From NCBI GenBank assembly GCA_942492865.1, contig OW818650.1, positions 87,892-151,891 on the forward strand: 64,000 bases of DNA, written 5' to 3'. The notes under the pieces are model-generated. The model made no database searches. It was not told the origin of the DNA and saw only the letters and a program-made list of their open reading frames with translations. The stretch is from an uncultured Bacteroidales bacterium. GTDB taxonomy: Bacteria; Bacteroidota; Bacteroidia; Bacteroidales; VadinHA17. Positions 27,230 through 36,983 of this stretch are shown piece after piece. Both the position numbers and the translations under genes were made by a program. Each line of letters starts with the position of its first letter. Position 1 is the first letter of the stretch.

Positions 27230-27380
27230 CGAGATCCTTGCTGCTATTAATAATTACAGCTTTTTAAAAATTCATGGTGAAAACGACAGTGAGATCCCTT
27301 GCTGCGATTACAAATTTCAACCTTTTTAATATTCTATTGCGAAGGCGACAGTGAGATCCCTTGCTGCGCTGCGGGATGAC
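27229..27380. repeat. Tandem ~62-nt units each ending in GAGATCC(C)TTGCTGC, including two perfect 23-nt copies
   Basis: CGACAGTGAGATCCCTTGCTGCG occurs at 27284-27306 and again at 27346-27368. A degenerate copy at 27229-27245 overlaps the transporter stop codon. Only the third copy is completed by the complementary GCGGGATGAC. Confidence 0.85.
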
Positions 27381-27399
27381 AGCAGCTTTTGTGGATAAT

Positions 27400-27473
27400 G
27401 GGGAATGAAGCTGCGCGTTTACAGAGTTTTCTTCAGATAGAAATATATGTTTTAACGCGCAGCTTCATTCCCC
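27400..27473. repeat. Perfect 20-bp inverted repeat with a 34-nt loop
   Basis: GGGGAATGAAGCTGCGCGTT (27400-27419) and AACGCGCAGCTTCATTCCCC (27454-27473), verified base by base. Confidence 0.9.
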
Positions 27474-27494
27474 TCCTGTTCCAAATAAGCCAAT

Positions 27495-27533
27495 GTCATT
27501 TCGAATCCTGCTTTAGCAGGACGAGAAATCTCA
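27495..27533. repeat. REP-like nested hairpin element GTCATTTCG...CGAGAAATCTC
   Basis: Outer ATTTCG/CGAGAAAT pairing enclosing CCTGC-ttta-GCAGG. It has the same GTCAT...ATCTC frame as the reverse complement of 27351-27380. Confidence 0.6.
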
Positions 27534-27549
27534 TCGACCTTTGAATTTC

Positions 27550-28596
27550 TTACTTACCCACAATAGGGGTAAGTACCATATTCCTGTACGAAACTTTTCC
27601 GTGATCACCCTGCAGGTAGATAGGACCGGCTGCAAATACATCCGATTTCATAGCGCCGCCGGTTGGTCCGTAAACAGGTTTATTATCAATGATCTTAGTG
27701 CCATTAAGAATAACGGTCAGATATCTTTTATAAAGGGTTATATCCATTGTCTGCCAGGTTCCTGCAGGCTTTTCTGCACCCTCAGATGGCGTTATCCGGC
27801 TGTATAATGCTCCCATATTATGCGAATCAAGCGGTTTTTTATATGAATCCATCACCTGTATCTCGTACATTCCGCGAAGATAAACACCACTATTGCTTCC
27901 TTCAGGGACATTGACCTCAAGCTTCAGGTTGAAATCCTCAAATTCCTGTTCCGTCCTCAGATTACCATAGCGTACCCTTGCGGAACCCTCCACCTGAACA
28001 GGATCATTTACCATAATTCCATCAACTACTTTAAAACCGTTAGTAAGCTTTTCATTTATAAGCTTCCAGCCACTCATGTCTTTACCATTAAAGAGCTCAA
28101 CCGGCTTACCATATTCTATGGCGCTCAGATCAGGTGCAGAACCGACGTCGGGAAGCTTTTTACCGAAGAATGATGTCGTATCTACTCCGATGCTGTTACG
28201 ACGCGGAGTTAACAGCACTCCTTCAATAGCATCTCCCTTTTTCTTTATCTCGAGCCAGTTTGTAATAACATGTGTAACAAGTGGATTATTTTTTTCATCA
28301 CGTTTCCGGACAACTTCGTTAGATCTCTGGACCACCAGGTAACTATCGGCAGCGAGAAAAACGTTTGAAACAGGTAAAACACTTCCGGAAGCCCATAGTA
28401 ATGAAGCATCAAAATAATTATCCTCCTTGAGTACTTCCAGCCATCCTACTGAACCGTTCTCAATGTCGATGGTCCATTGTCCGGTAAATTCTGAAATATC
28501 TGTTTTCGGAAGAGGCTCTTCAACGGGAGCATTCTGGCATGAGATAACAACAGCGGAAAAAATCAAAAACGAGAATAAAATTGAAGAGGTTTTCAT
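27550..28596 (-). CDS. DUF1080 (3-keto-disaccharide hydrolase family) secreted protein, two-domain
   Basis: Signal peptide 'MKTSSILFSFLIFSAVVISC'. The C-terminal 'NSGVYLRGMYEIQVMDS...GPIYLQGDHGKVSYRNM' is typical of DUF1080. Confidence 0.7.
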   Translation of the reverse strand: MKTSSILFSFLIFSAVVISCQNAPVEEPLPKTDISEFTGQWTIDIENGSVGWLEVLKEDNYFDASLLWASGSVLPVSNVFLAADSYLVVQRSNEVVRKRDEKNNPLVTHVITNWLEIKKKGDAIEGVLLTPRRNSIGVDTTSFFGKKLPDVGSAPDLSAIEYGKPVELFNGKDMSGWKLINEKLTNGFKVVDGIMVNDPVQVEGSARVRYGNLRTEQEFEDFNLKLEVNVPEGSNSGVYLRGMYEIQVMDSYKKPLDSHNMGALYSRITPSEGAEKPAGTWQTMDITLYKRYLTVILNGTKIIDNKPVYGPTGGAMKSDVFAAGPIYLQGDHGKVSYRNMVLTPIVGK

Positions 28597-28674
28597 AGCT
28601 TGTTCAGTTTAGATTATGGAGATGCAAATTAAATATTCTTTATGACTTAGCGAAATACGACCGCAGGTCTGAAC

Positions 28675-29694
28675 TTATTCCTGCGGGGTTTCGTCTATAT
28701 TCTTCTTAAGGCTTTCCGACATCCAGGTTTTGAAGCTTCCTGTTTCATCAGAAAATATCAGGTAGCCCTCAAGCTTCTGTTCTCTTATAAAACTGATGGC
28801 GCTGTCTTTTCCCATTACCATGCAGGCGGTGGCAACGCCATCGGCAAGGGCGCAGTTACCAGCAATAATTGTCGCGCTAAGCAAAGTATTCTTTGCAGGG
28901 TAACCGGTTCTCGGATCAATAGTGTGGGAATATTTAATTCCATTCTCAAGGTAGAAGGTCCTGTAATTTCCTGATGTAGCCACCGCATTATCCTCTATGC
29001 TGATGATAGCCTGCAGGTTATTACCTGGGATCATGTTATAATCCTCCGGCTTATCAATGCCGATCCTCCATGGGTTTCCCGCTTTGTTCCCCTTTACCCT
29101 TACTTCACCTCCGATCTCAACAAGGTAGTTCCTGATATCCAGACCATCGAAAAATTCGCAGATCACATCCACTGAATAGCCCTGTGCAATAGCATTGAAA
29201 TCAAGCGTTACACGCGGGTCGGTCTTTATAATTTTCCCTCCCGAGAGTGACACCTTTTCCATGCCAACCACTGACAGGAGGCTGTCAAGCCTGGATTCCG
29301 AAAAATTTCTTCTTTCATCGGGCCCGAAACCCCATGCTTTCACAAGCGGACCGACAGTTACATCGAATGCACCGTGGGTCAGTTCAGACAGTTCGGCCGA
29401 CATATTAAACACCTTTATAAAGTATGGATCAGGTGTCATATCTTCATTGCGGTTTATCTTCGAAAGAACAGATGAATCCTTATAAAGGGATAACGACATA
29501 TCAAAATCTCGCAGGATCTTTACTGTATTTTTCTGAACTGAATCGGGATGGAGTTCACCCCTGTTCTCATAAACAATGCTGAAGGTTGTTCCCTGGATAA
29601 AGCCGGTAAAACTTTCATAAACAGGTTTGGTTTCTTTACAGGAAAAAAGAATCACTATCGCAGTCAGAATGACCGGCAACACTTTATTTTTCAT
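28675..29694 (-). CDS. apbE: FAD:protein FMN transferase (ApbE), lipoprotein
   Basis: Lipobox 'ILFSC', 'FDVTVGPLVKAWGF', 'DFNAIAQGYSVD', 'VATSGNYR'. Immediately downstream of nqrF. Confidence 0.85.
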   Translation of the reverse strand: MKNKVLPVILTAIVILFSCKETKPVYESFTGFIQGTTFSIVYENRGELHPDSVQKNTVKILRDFDMSLSLYKDSSVLSKINRNEDMTPDPYFIKVFNMSAELSELTHGAFDVTVGPLVKAWGFGPDERRNFSESRLDSLLSVVGMEKVSLSGGKIIKTDPRVTLDFNAIAQGYSVDVICEFFDGLDIRNYLVEIGGEVRVKGNKAGNPWRIGIDKPEDYNMIPGNNLQAIISIEDNAVATSGNYRTFYLENGIKYSHTIDPRTGYPAKNTLLSATIIAGNCALADGVATACMVMGKDSAISFIREQKLEGYLIFSDETGSFKTWMSESLKKNIDETPQE

Positions 29695-29747
29695 CGGGCC
29701 ACTTTTAAATTCAAGTATTTATTTTCTCCGTTCTCTCCGAAGATCTA

Positions 29748-31001
29748 TTATCCTCCGAAATCATCAAAAGCAATATTCTCAGGAGGAACACCAAGGGAAT
29801 CAAGCATCTTAATCACAGAGGCATTCATAACCGGTGGTCCGCAAAAATAGTATTCAACATCTTCAGGCTCCTCAATTTTGCTGAGATAGTTATCGTAAAG
29901 AACCTGGTGTATGAAACCGGTATATCCTGTCCAGTTGTCTTCAGGAAGAGCTTCGGATAATGCAAGGTTGAATTTGAAATTGGGAAAGTTTCTTTCAATT
30001 TCCCTGAATTCATCCTCATAGAATACTTCCCTTAACGACCTTGCCCCATACCAGTAAGATACCTTTCTGGAGGTTTTTAAAGTATGGAACAGGTGGAAGA
30101 TATGGGATCTCAGAGGCGCCATACCGGCTCCGCCACCTATGTAGATCATTTCATTATTGGTATCCTTAATGTGAAATTCCCCGTAAGGACCTGAAACGGA
30201 AACTTTATCGCCGGCCTTCCTTGAAAAGATGTAAGAAGAACAAATACCAGGCGGTACATCTTTAAATTCCTTTTTTTCCTGATCCCATGGTGGTGTTGCA
30301 ATTCTGATATTTAGCTTAATCAGGGCTTTCTCAGCAGGATAGTTGGCCATGGAATATGCACGGTAAGTCACCTCAGTGTTATGAATATTCAGTTCCCACA
30401 TTTTAAAGTTATCCCAATCCTTTTTGTATTCTTCCTCAATAATAAAATCAGTATAGCTTATACTGTATTTTGGCACATCTATCTGAATATAGCCTCCCGG
30501 CAAGAAATCCATCGATTCTCCCTCGGGTAATCTTACGACAAATTCTTTTATAAAGGTTGCAACGTTCTTGTTTGACACAACTTCGCATTCCCATTTCTTT
30601 ATCCCAAGTACAGCTTCGGGAACCCTGATCGTCATGTCTTCCCTTATTTTGACCTGACAGCCGAGTCTCCAATCACTGTGTTGTTCTTTTCTCGTAAAAA
30701 ACCCCTTTTCAGTAGGCAGTATTGAACCTCCGCCTTCAAGCACCTGGCATCTGCATAATCCGCATGTGCCCCCTCCACCGCATGCAGATGGAAGAAAGAT
30801 GCCATTATTGGAGAGCGTGGATAGAAGATTTGAACCGGGATTTACAGTAACCTCACGGTCATTTATTTTCAGGTTGACATTTCCCTGGGGAGCAAGTTTG
30901 TTTCTTGCATAGAGAAGTATGCTCACTAGGATCAGGATGATCCCGAGAAAGACGATTGTGCTGTATAAAATTGTTGATATTGTGGAAATAGCTAATACCA
31001 T
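29748..31001 (-). CDS. nqrF: Na+-translocating NADH:quinone oxidoreductase subunit F
   Basis: N-terminal TM helix, 2Fe-2S motif '[12 protein letters not shown]', FAD/NAD domain 'RAYSMAN' and 'GGGAGMAP'. Confidence 0.9.
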   Translation of the reverse strand: MVLAISTISTILYSTIVFLGIILILVSILLYARNKLAPQGNVNLKINDREVTVNPGSNLLSTLSNNGIFLPSACGGGGTCGLCRCQVLEGGGSILPTEKGFFTRKEQHSDWRLGCQVKIREDMTIRVPEAVLGIKKWECEVVSNKNVATFIKEFVVRLPEGESMDFLPGGYIQIDVPKYSISYTDFIIEEEYKKDWDNFKMWELNIHNTEVTYRAYSMANYPAEKALIKLNIRIATPPWDQEKKEFKDVPPGICSSYIFSRKAGDKVSVSGPYGEFHIKDTNNEMIYIGGGAGMAPLRSHIFHLFHTLKTSRKVSYWYGARSLREVFYEDEFREIERNFPNFKFNLALSEALPEDNWTGYTGFIHQVLYDNYLSKIEEPEDVEYYFCGPPVMNASVIKMLDSLGVPPENIAFDDFGG

Positions 31002-31016
31002 GATTGTATATTTCTT

Positions 31017-31634
31017 TTAAATATTGAACCCCATTAATCCCATGAAAGCTATAGCCATCAATCCTGTAAGAATGAATGTAATGCCTAATCCCCTCAGAGG
31101 AGCCGGCACATTGCTATATCTCAGCTTTTCACGTATGGCTGCGATGCCGGCAATTGCAAGAAACCAGCCCACACCCGATCCGAGTCCGAATACGGTCGCC
31201 TCAGCCAGATTCTGGTATTCGCGTTCCTGCATAAACAGGGAACCTCCAAGAATGGCACAGTTTACAGCAATCAGCGGAAGAAAAATACCAAGTGAGTTAT
31301 AAAGCGGCGGACTGAATTTTTCGACGACCATTTCAACTATCTGAACCATTGCGGCTATGATAGCGATAAAAACCATAAATGAGAGAAAGCTGAGGTCCAC
31401 ATCAAGAAAGTCATCGCCGAGCCAGCTCAGGGCGCCTTTTTTAAGGAGGTAGTTCTCAAGCAGATAATTCACTGGAACGGTAATGAACAAAACAAAAATA
31501 ACAGCTATTCCCAGGCCAAGAGATGTTTTAACCGTTTTTGAAACAGCAAGATAAGAACACATGCCCAGAAAAAAGGCAAAGATCATATTGTCAACAAAAA
31601 CGGACTTTACAAATATGTTAATGAGATTTTCCAT
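31017..31634 (-). CDS. nqrE: Na+-NQR subunit E
   Basis: 205-aa polytopic protein in the nqr gene order, with an RnfA/NqrE-type sequence. Confidence 0.85.
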   Translation of the reverse strand: MENLINIFVKSVFVDNMIFAFFLGMCSYLAVSKTVKTSLGLGIAVIFVLFITVPVNYLLENYLLKKGALSWLGDDFLDVDLSFLSFMVFIAIIAAMVQIVEMVVEKFSPPLYNSLGIFLPLIAVNCAILGGSLFMQEREYQNLAEATVFGLGSGVGWFLAIAGIAAIREKLRYSNVPAPLRGLGITFILTGLMAIAFMGLMGFNI

Positions 31635-31644
31635 AGTTTTTCAG

Positions 31645-32292
31645 TTAAGACTTATCAATCAGGGTCCTGTTCAATCCTCTGTGCAGCCATATTATCAGTC
31701 CTACAAGGATGAGAGCCATGGGAGGAAGGATCATAAGGCCGTTATTTTCATAGCCTGCAGAATATATGCTCTCAGGAATTATGCGATAACCCATCACAGT
31801 TCCAGATCCGAATAGCTCTCTGAAAATGCCCACAACAATAAGAATAACACCATATCCTGCCCCGTTCCCTAATCCGTCGATAAATGATGGCCATGGTTTG
31901 TTTGCCATTGCAAAAGCTTCAAGACGGCCCATCAGGATACAGTTGGTAATGATTAGTCCGACAAATACCGAAAGCTGCCGGCTCACATCGAAAGCATAAG
32001 CTTTAAGCAGTTGATCAACCAGTATCACCATTGTAGCAGCAACCACAAGTTGTACAATTATCCTTATCCTGTCGGGAATATGTTTTCTGATTGCTGCCAC
32101 AACGACATTCGATACTGCAACCACTATTGTTACTGCAATAGCCATAACCAACGCAGGTTTCAGCTTAGCAGTAACTGCCAGGGCCGAGCAGATTCCAAGT
32201 ACCTGAACGGTAATTGGATTATCCATGCTCAGAGGCGCTGTGAATAGTTTTAAATTTTTTGCCGAGAACATCGGCTCCGCTCCGTTACTCAT
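31645..32292 (-). CDS. nqrD: Na+-NQR subunit D
   Basis: 215-aa polytopic RnfE/NqrD-type protein ('[17 protein letters not shown]'). 4-nt overlap with nqrC. Confidence 0.85.
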   Translation of the reverse strand: MSNGAEPMFSAKNLKLFTAPLSMDNPITVQVLGICSALAVTAKLKPALVMAIAVTIVVAVSNVVVAAIRKHIPDRIRIIVQLVVAATMVILVDQLLKAYAFDVSRQLSVFVGLIITNCILMGRLEAFAMANKPWPSFIDGLGNGAGYGVILIVVGIFRELFGSGTVMGYRIIPESIYSAGYENNGLMILPPMALILVGLIIWLHRGLNRTLIDKS

Positions 32293-33002
32293 ATATTTGA
32301 TTTATTCTTTTGCAAAAATTCATCATATTTCTTAATACCTTCAAACAGCATCTTTTCCAGTCCTTTACTGGTAATGGTGCCTCCCGAAACAGCGTCTACT
32401 CCATGGGGATCATCAGGCCTGGCACCTCCTTTGATAACCTTAATTGAAGTATAATTACCATTCTCATAGATCTTTTTATCGTAGAACATGCTTTCAAACG
32501 GGGTTGTATTTATTTCAGCTCCCAGACCCGGTGTTTCACCTTTATGGTCGAATGTCACCCCATAAACAGTATTCATATCCGATTCAAGAGATACAAATCC
32601 CCAGATAGCTCCCCACAGACCTTTTCCTTCAAGCGCCATAATAGTTACCTTTTCACCGCTTTCGGGAATAGCAATAAAGACAGGAAGATTCTGTTCTTCT
32701 ACAGGTTTTTTCTGTTCAGCCCTGAGGTTGATCGTAAATGCATTGACCCCTTCAACTCTTTCTCCGTTTGACCTGATCACAAAGCTCTCCTTAATATACT
32801 TATCGTACAGTTCTTCGGTATTTTGCTTTGTTGCAGGGATCTTAATTGATTCGAGCATGCTTCTTTTCTTCTCTATCTCAAGATTCTTTTCCTGCTGAGG
32901 CTGAAGCAAAGTAGCTGCCAGAGAAAGCAAAACAGCCACTATGATTACCATCACAGAGGAAAAAATGAAAATATATCTGTTATTAAACTGCTTCATAATC
33001 AA
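32289..33002 (-). CDS. nqrC: Na+-NQR subunit C (FMN-binding)
   Basis: Single TM helix plus the FMN attachment motif '[10 protein letters not shown]'. Confidence 0.85.
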   Translation of the reverse strand: MIMKQFNNRYIFIFSSVMVIIVAVLLSLAATLLQPQQEKNLEIEKKRSMLESIKIPATKQNTEELYDKYIKESFVIRSNGERVEGVNAFTINLRAEQKKPVEEQNLPVFIAIPESGEKVTIMALEGKGLWGAIWGFVSLESDMNTVYGVTFDHKGETPGLGAEINTTPFESMFYDKKIYENGNYTSIKVIKGGARPDDPHGVDAVSGGTITSKGLEKMLFEGIKKYDEFLQKNKSNI

Positions 33003-33003
33003 A

Positions 33004-34167
33004 TTATTTAACTGCCATTTTTGCCCTTTTCAGTCTTCTGTTGATATTTGCCTGCACTACGTAATAGTCAATAAGCGGAGCAAACATGTTCATCAGCAGT
33101 ATTGCAAGCATAACTCCTTCAGGATAAGCAGGATTAACAACTCTGATAAGAATTGAAAGGAAACCTATCAGGAAGCCATATATGTATTTACCTGTCTCGG
33201 TTTGTGATCCTGATACAGGATCGGTAGCCATAAACACTGCTCCAAAAGCAAACCCTCCCATAGCAAAATGATAATGGGCAGGGATTTCCATAAACGGGTT
33301 TACTGCAACAGCATTAAAGAGCAGCGATGTTGCAAGTCCGCCTGCAAAAACACTGAGAATTATCTTCCAGCTTCCGATACCTGTAAATATTAGAACCGCC
33401 GCTCCTATAAGAATCGCAATCATTGAGGTTTCACCGACAGATCCGGGTATGGTACCGATAAACATTTCCATAAAGGAAGGAAGATTATCAGTCTGGCCGG
33501 CTGCGGAAAGAGCAAGAGGGGTAGCTCCCGAATAACCATCAATAACACCTGCCCCTTTTGTAAGTCCTTCTGTCCATACTTTATCGCCGGTCATCCATCC
33601 GGGGTAACTGAAAAAGAGGAATGCCCGGGCCATCAGGGCCGGATTGAAAATATTCATACCCGTTCCTCCGAAGACCTCTTTCCCGAGTATAACTGCGAAG
33701 GCGGTGGCAAGAGCCAGCTGCCAGAGAGGAACATCAATAGGCATTATCAGGGGTATGAGCAACCCGGTCACAAGAAATCCCTCGTTTATTTCATGTCCCC
33801 TTATCTGTGCAGCAGCGAATTCAATACCCAGTCCAACGCCATAACTTACAATGATCAACGGAAGTATTTTAATAAGGCCGAACCAGAAATTCTGCAATAA
33901 ATCTGTTTCCATTCCCAGAGAACGAAAGTGCTGTAAACCAATATTATAGCAACCAAATAACAGTGAAGGAATAAGTGCAATTATTACTACAGTCATAACC
34001 CTCTTCAGATCAATATGGTCGCGTACATGCGAGCCTTTGTATGTCACATGGTTTGACACAAAGATAAAAGACTCGAATCCTTCAAACACAGAACGGAATT
34101 TACTGAACCGGCCGCCTTCCGAAAAGTGCGGTTTAAGACTATCCAACTTTTTTCTTAAGGAATCCAT
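33004..34167 (-). CDS. nqrB: Na+-NQR subunit B
   Basis: 387-aa polytopic protein with the 'GYSGATPL' FMN attachment motif. Confidence 0.85.
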   Translation of the reverse strand: MDSLRKKLDSLKPHFSEGGRFSKFRSVFEGFESFIFVSNHVTYKGSHVRDHIDLKRVMTVVIIALIPSLLFGCYNIGLQHFRSLGMETDLLQNFWFGLIKILPLIIVSYGVGLGIEFAAAQIRGHEINEGFLVTGLLIPLIMPIDVPLWQLALATAFAVILGKEVFGGTGMNIFNPALMARAFLFFSYPGWMTGDKVWTEGLTKGAGVIDGYSGATPLALSAAGQTDNLPSFMEMFIGTIPGSVGETSMIAILIGAAVLIFTGIGSWKIILSVFAGGLATSLLFNAVAVNPFMEIPAHYHFAMGGFAFGAVFMATDPVSGSQTETGKYIYGFLIGFLSILIRVVNPAYPEGVMLAILLMNMFAPLIDYYVVQANINRRLKRAKMAVK

Positions 34168-34188
34168 CTATTTAGATCTTGTTTTAAA

Positions 34189-35541
34189 CTAACTCATTTC
34201 TTTTAACATCAGGTCAATTCCCTGCCTTACAATTGACTGGATCTCAACCTTAGACGGATCGAGATACTCACATAATGCGAAATCCTCTTCAGCTACCTCA
34301 TATATGCCAAGGTTTTCCATAAGATCTATATCCCCGGCAAGAATAGCTTTGAGGAGCTGCATGGGAATTATGTCCATCGGCAGTACCTGTTCGTATTGCC
34401 CGGTCATAACAAACGCACGTTCACCTCCATGCAGGTTAGTGTCCATGCGATAACCCTTCTTAGGGAAAAGCATCGAAAGAAATGTTTTTGAAAAGCTGAA
34501 TTTATCAATTCCGGGTGTGGCCCATCCGAAAAACTCGAAATAATCGCCCTCGGGAATCACTGTTACCTGGTTATCATAATACCCGAGATATCCGTCAGCT
34601 GGAATTTTTCTGCCGGTAAGAACATTCCCGCTTATATACCTCAGATTGCCTTCTTTAACATTATTCTTAACAATGCCTTCAATCGATGAGCCCGCGAGCA
34701 TTTTATAATATTGCGGATCGTTAACTTCTGAACCGGTAAGTGCTATTATTCTTTCAGGGAAATACCTGCCTTCACTGAAGAGCCTTCCTATTGAAATTAC
34801 ATCCTGTGGATTTACAAACCATATTACCTCCCCTTTGTTCAGAGGATCAATGTGATGTATCTGCACCCCGACATTTCCCGCCGGATGAGGTCCGCTAAAA
34901 TATGAAATCTCAACCCCGGATGTTTCACTAATAACATTCTGACCCTCACTCTTCCCGTTCAGGATTAGATGAACTTTACCGTCGGTAAGCTTTTTTAAAA
35001 CAGAAACTCCATCTCTAAAAAGCTCATTGGATGAGTTATTCATAATAAAATCCAGATCCGGAGCAAGCGGAGCCGAATCAAAGCCGGTAATAAAGATTGC
35101 TTTTGGAACACTATCCGGCCGGGCAATTATGTGATAGGGACGCTGCCTGATAAGCGGCCACACGCCCGAGTCGAGTAATAACCTCCTAATTTGTTCAGGT
35201 GAAGCTTTTAAAGGATCTGTCTTTCCAAAATCGACAGAATCATTTCCCGATTTTTCAATTATTACTTCGAGGATTTTCCGGCGGTCGCCTCTTAATACCG
35301 AGGTGACAATACCTGAAACAGGCGAGCTGACCTTTATCTCAGGGTTTTTCTTGTCATAAAAGATTGTGGAACCCGCCCCGACCTTATCTCCCTGTTTAAC
35401 AGCAAGTTTGGGAACAAAACCCGGGAAGTCGGATGGGGAAATGCCATAAAAGGAAGGCGTGTAATCAGCTGTGATTTTTTTGCCGGCGACCCCTTTAATC
35501 TTCAGATCAAAACCCTTTTTTAATTTTACTGATACTGACAT
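34189..35541 (-). CDS. nqrA: Na+-NQR subunit A
   Basis: 450-aa soluble subunit, first gene of the nqrABCDEF order. Confidence 0.85.
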   Translation of the reverse strand: MSVSVKLKKGFDLKIKGVAGKKITADYTPSFYGISPSDFPGFVPKLAVKQGDKVGAGSTIFYDKKNPEIKVSSPVSGIVTSVLRGDRRKILEVIIEKSGNDSVDFGKTDPLKASPEQIRRLLLDSGVWPLIRQRPYHIIARPDSVPKAIFITGFDSAPLAPDLDFIMNNSSNELFRDGVSVLKKLTDGKVHLILNGKSEGQNVISETSGVEISYFSGPHPAGNVGVQIHHIDPLNKGEVIWFVNPQDVISIGRLFSEGRYFPERIIALTGSEVNDPQYYKMLAGSSIEGIVKNNVKEGNLRYISGNVLTGRKIPADGYLGYYDNQVTVIPEGDYFEFFGWATPGIDKFSFSKTFLSMLFPKKGYRMDTNLHGGERAFVMTGQYEQVLPMDIIPMQLLKAILAGDIDLMENLGIYEVAEEDFALCEYLDPSKVEIQSIVRQGIDLMLKEMS

Positions 35542-35563
35542 CTTGATAAAAATAAAACAATTA

Positions 35564-35581
35564 CTGTTAATTAATTAACAG
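35564..35581. promoter_or_regulatory. Perfect 18-bp palindrome CTGTTAATTAATTAACAG, 22 nt upstream of the nqrA start codon
   Basis: All nine base pairs were verified. Lies in the nqrA / DUF5103 divergent region. Confidence 0.3.
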
Positions 35582-35690
35582 AAGAATTGGCAAAGTTACA
35601 AAGTGAAACCACAAAGCATATATAAAATGATAAATATTATACCTGAACCGATTGCTTTTTTTTTGTTCCTTTGCACTACAGATTGATTCA

Positions 35691-36980
35691 ATGCACAGGA
35701 TAATATATATAGCCGGGGCCATTCTGTTGAATTGCAGCCTGTTGTTTTCACAACTGCCTGATTCTGTCATACATTCAAATAATATTTTCGATGAAAGGAT
35801 AAAAACCGTCCAGCTTTATAAGGAAGGATGGAACCTGTCGCACCCGGTTTTAAAGAAGAACAGCAATGAAAAGCTGATCCTCCATTTTGATTATCTGGCG
35901 AATGAAATAGAAACTTATTACTACACATTTATCCATTGTAATAAGGATTGGGAAAAATCTGACATATTCGTAAATGATTATCTTGAGGGATTTCCTGAAA
36001 ACCAGGTCGAAGATTTTCAGCAATCATTTAATACCACTGTCAATTATATTCATTACAAGCTGACCTTTCCGAATGACAGGATCAGCTTTAAAGTTTCAGG
36101 TAACTACATTTTGTTTGTTTATCCCGTCAATGAGCCTGAGAAACCAGTTCTGACAAGGAGATTCGTAATTACCGAAGATGCAGCTGTCATTACATCCGAT
36201 GTGCACAGGCCAAAAATGACAGCAGATAATAATGTAAGCCAGCAAATTGATTTTGCTGTGAATTATGCCGGTTTGAACCTGATCGATCCCCAGCGTAATA
36301 TTTATGCCTTTATACTTCAGAATGGGATCTGGGGCAAATCGAAAAAGAACCTGAAAGCCGATTTCACAGGAAACAATGAATTGAAATTCACCTCATTGTC
36401 GGATAAAAATATTTTTGCGGGAGGAAATGAGTTCAGATATTTTGATATAAAAAGTATAAGATACAATTCAGAATTCATAAGCAGGATCGAATTCTTTCAA
36501 TCAAATTACCATGTTTTTCTTTTACCATCAGAGAACCGCGAATTCAAGCCTTACTTTTACTGGCAGGATTTTAACGGGAAATATTATATAGCGGTTCAGG
36601 AGGGAAGAGAGTCCGATACAGATGCAGATTATGTTTATGTTTATTTTACTCTCCCGGCGAAAAATCCTGTTGCAGGGGGGAGAATGTATGTTTCAGGTGC
36701 ACTGGCCGACTGGAAAACAGGAAAAGAAAACGTAATGATCTACAACGACCGGAAAGGTCAGTATGAATGTACAATGCTTCTGAAGCAGGGTTGGTACAAC
36801 TATGAATATGTTTTTAGCAGATCAGAAAACCATTCCATTGTTCCTACTGAATTTGAGGGCAGCCATTATGAAACAGAGAACGATTATCTTATCCTCATTT
36901 ACTACAGGAACCCCAGGGAAAGATATGACAGGGTGATAGCCACAGTACAGGCAAATACTCTTAACAGGATATCGAATTAA
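35691..36980 (+). CDS. DUF5103-like protein (T9SS plug-protein family), secreted
   Basis: The ATG at 35691 gives a signal-peptide-like 'MHRIIYIAGAILLNCSLLFSQ'. 'IKTVQLYKEGWNLSHPVLKKNSNEKLILHFDYL...YYYTFIHCNKDWEKS' matches my recollection of the DUF5103 N-terminal domain. The family call is from memory only. Confidence 0.45.
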   Translation: MHRIIYIAGAILLNCSLLFSQLPDSVIHSNNIFDERIKTVQLYKEGWNLSHPVLKKNSNEKLILHFDYLANEIETYYYTFIHCNKDWEKSDIFVNDYLEGFPENQVEDFQQSFNTTVNYIHYKLTFPNDRISFKVSGNYILFVYPVNEPEKPVLTRRFVITEDAAVITSDVHRPKMTADNNVSQQIDFAVNYAGLNLIDPQRNIYAFILQNGIWGKSKKNLKADFTGNNELKFTSLSDKNIFAGGNEFRYFDIKSIRYNSEFISRIEFFQSNYHVFLLPSENREFKPYFYWQDFNGKYYIAVQEGRESDTDADYVYVYFTLPAKNPVAGGRMYVSGALADWKTGKENVMIYNDRKGQYECTMLLKQGWYNYEYVFSRSENHSIVPTEFEGSHYETENDYLILIYYRNPRERYDRVIATVQANTLNRISN

Positions 36981-36983
36981 TGG

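Noticed and set aside
27229-27380. A possible miniature CRISPR array (23-nt repeats with ~39-nt intervening sequences)
   Set aside because: There are only three copies, and one is degenerate. The 'spacers' are similar to each other, which indicates tandem duplication of a 62-nt unit. No cas genes or leader are present in the window.
27495-27512. A TTCGAATCC string resembling a tRNA T-loop
   Set aside because: The flanking 5-nt segments are not complementary, so there is no T-stem. No acceptor or anticodon arms can be drawn. The sequence is part of a REP-like hairpin.
35652-35690. A TTG-initiated N-terminal extension of the DUF5103-like ORF, as given in the ORF track
   Set aside because: The ATG at 35691 yields a typical signal peptide, whereas the extension adds 13 hydrophobic residues with no function. 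The shorter start is preferred, though not proven.
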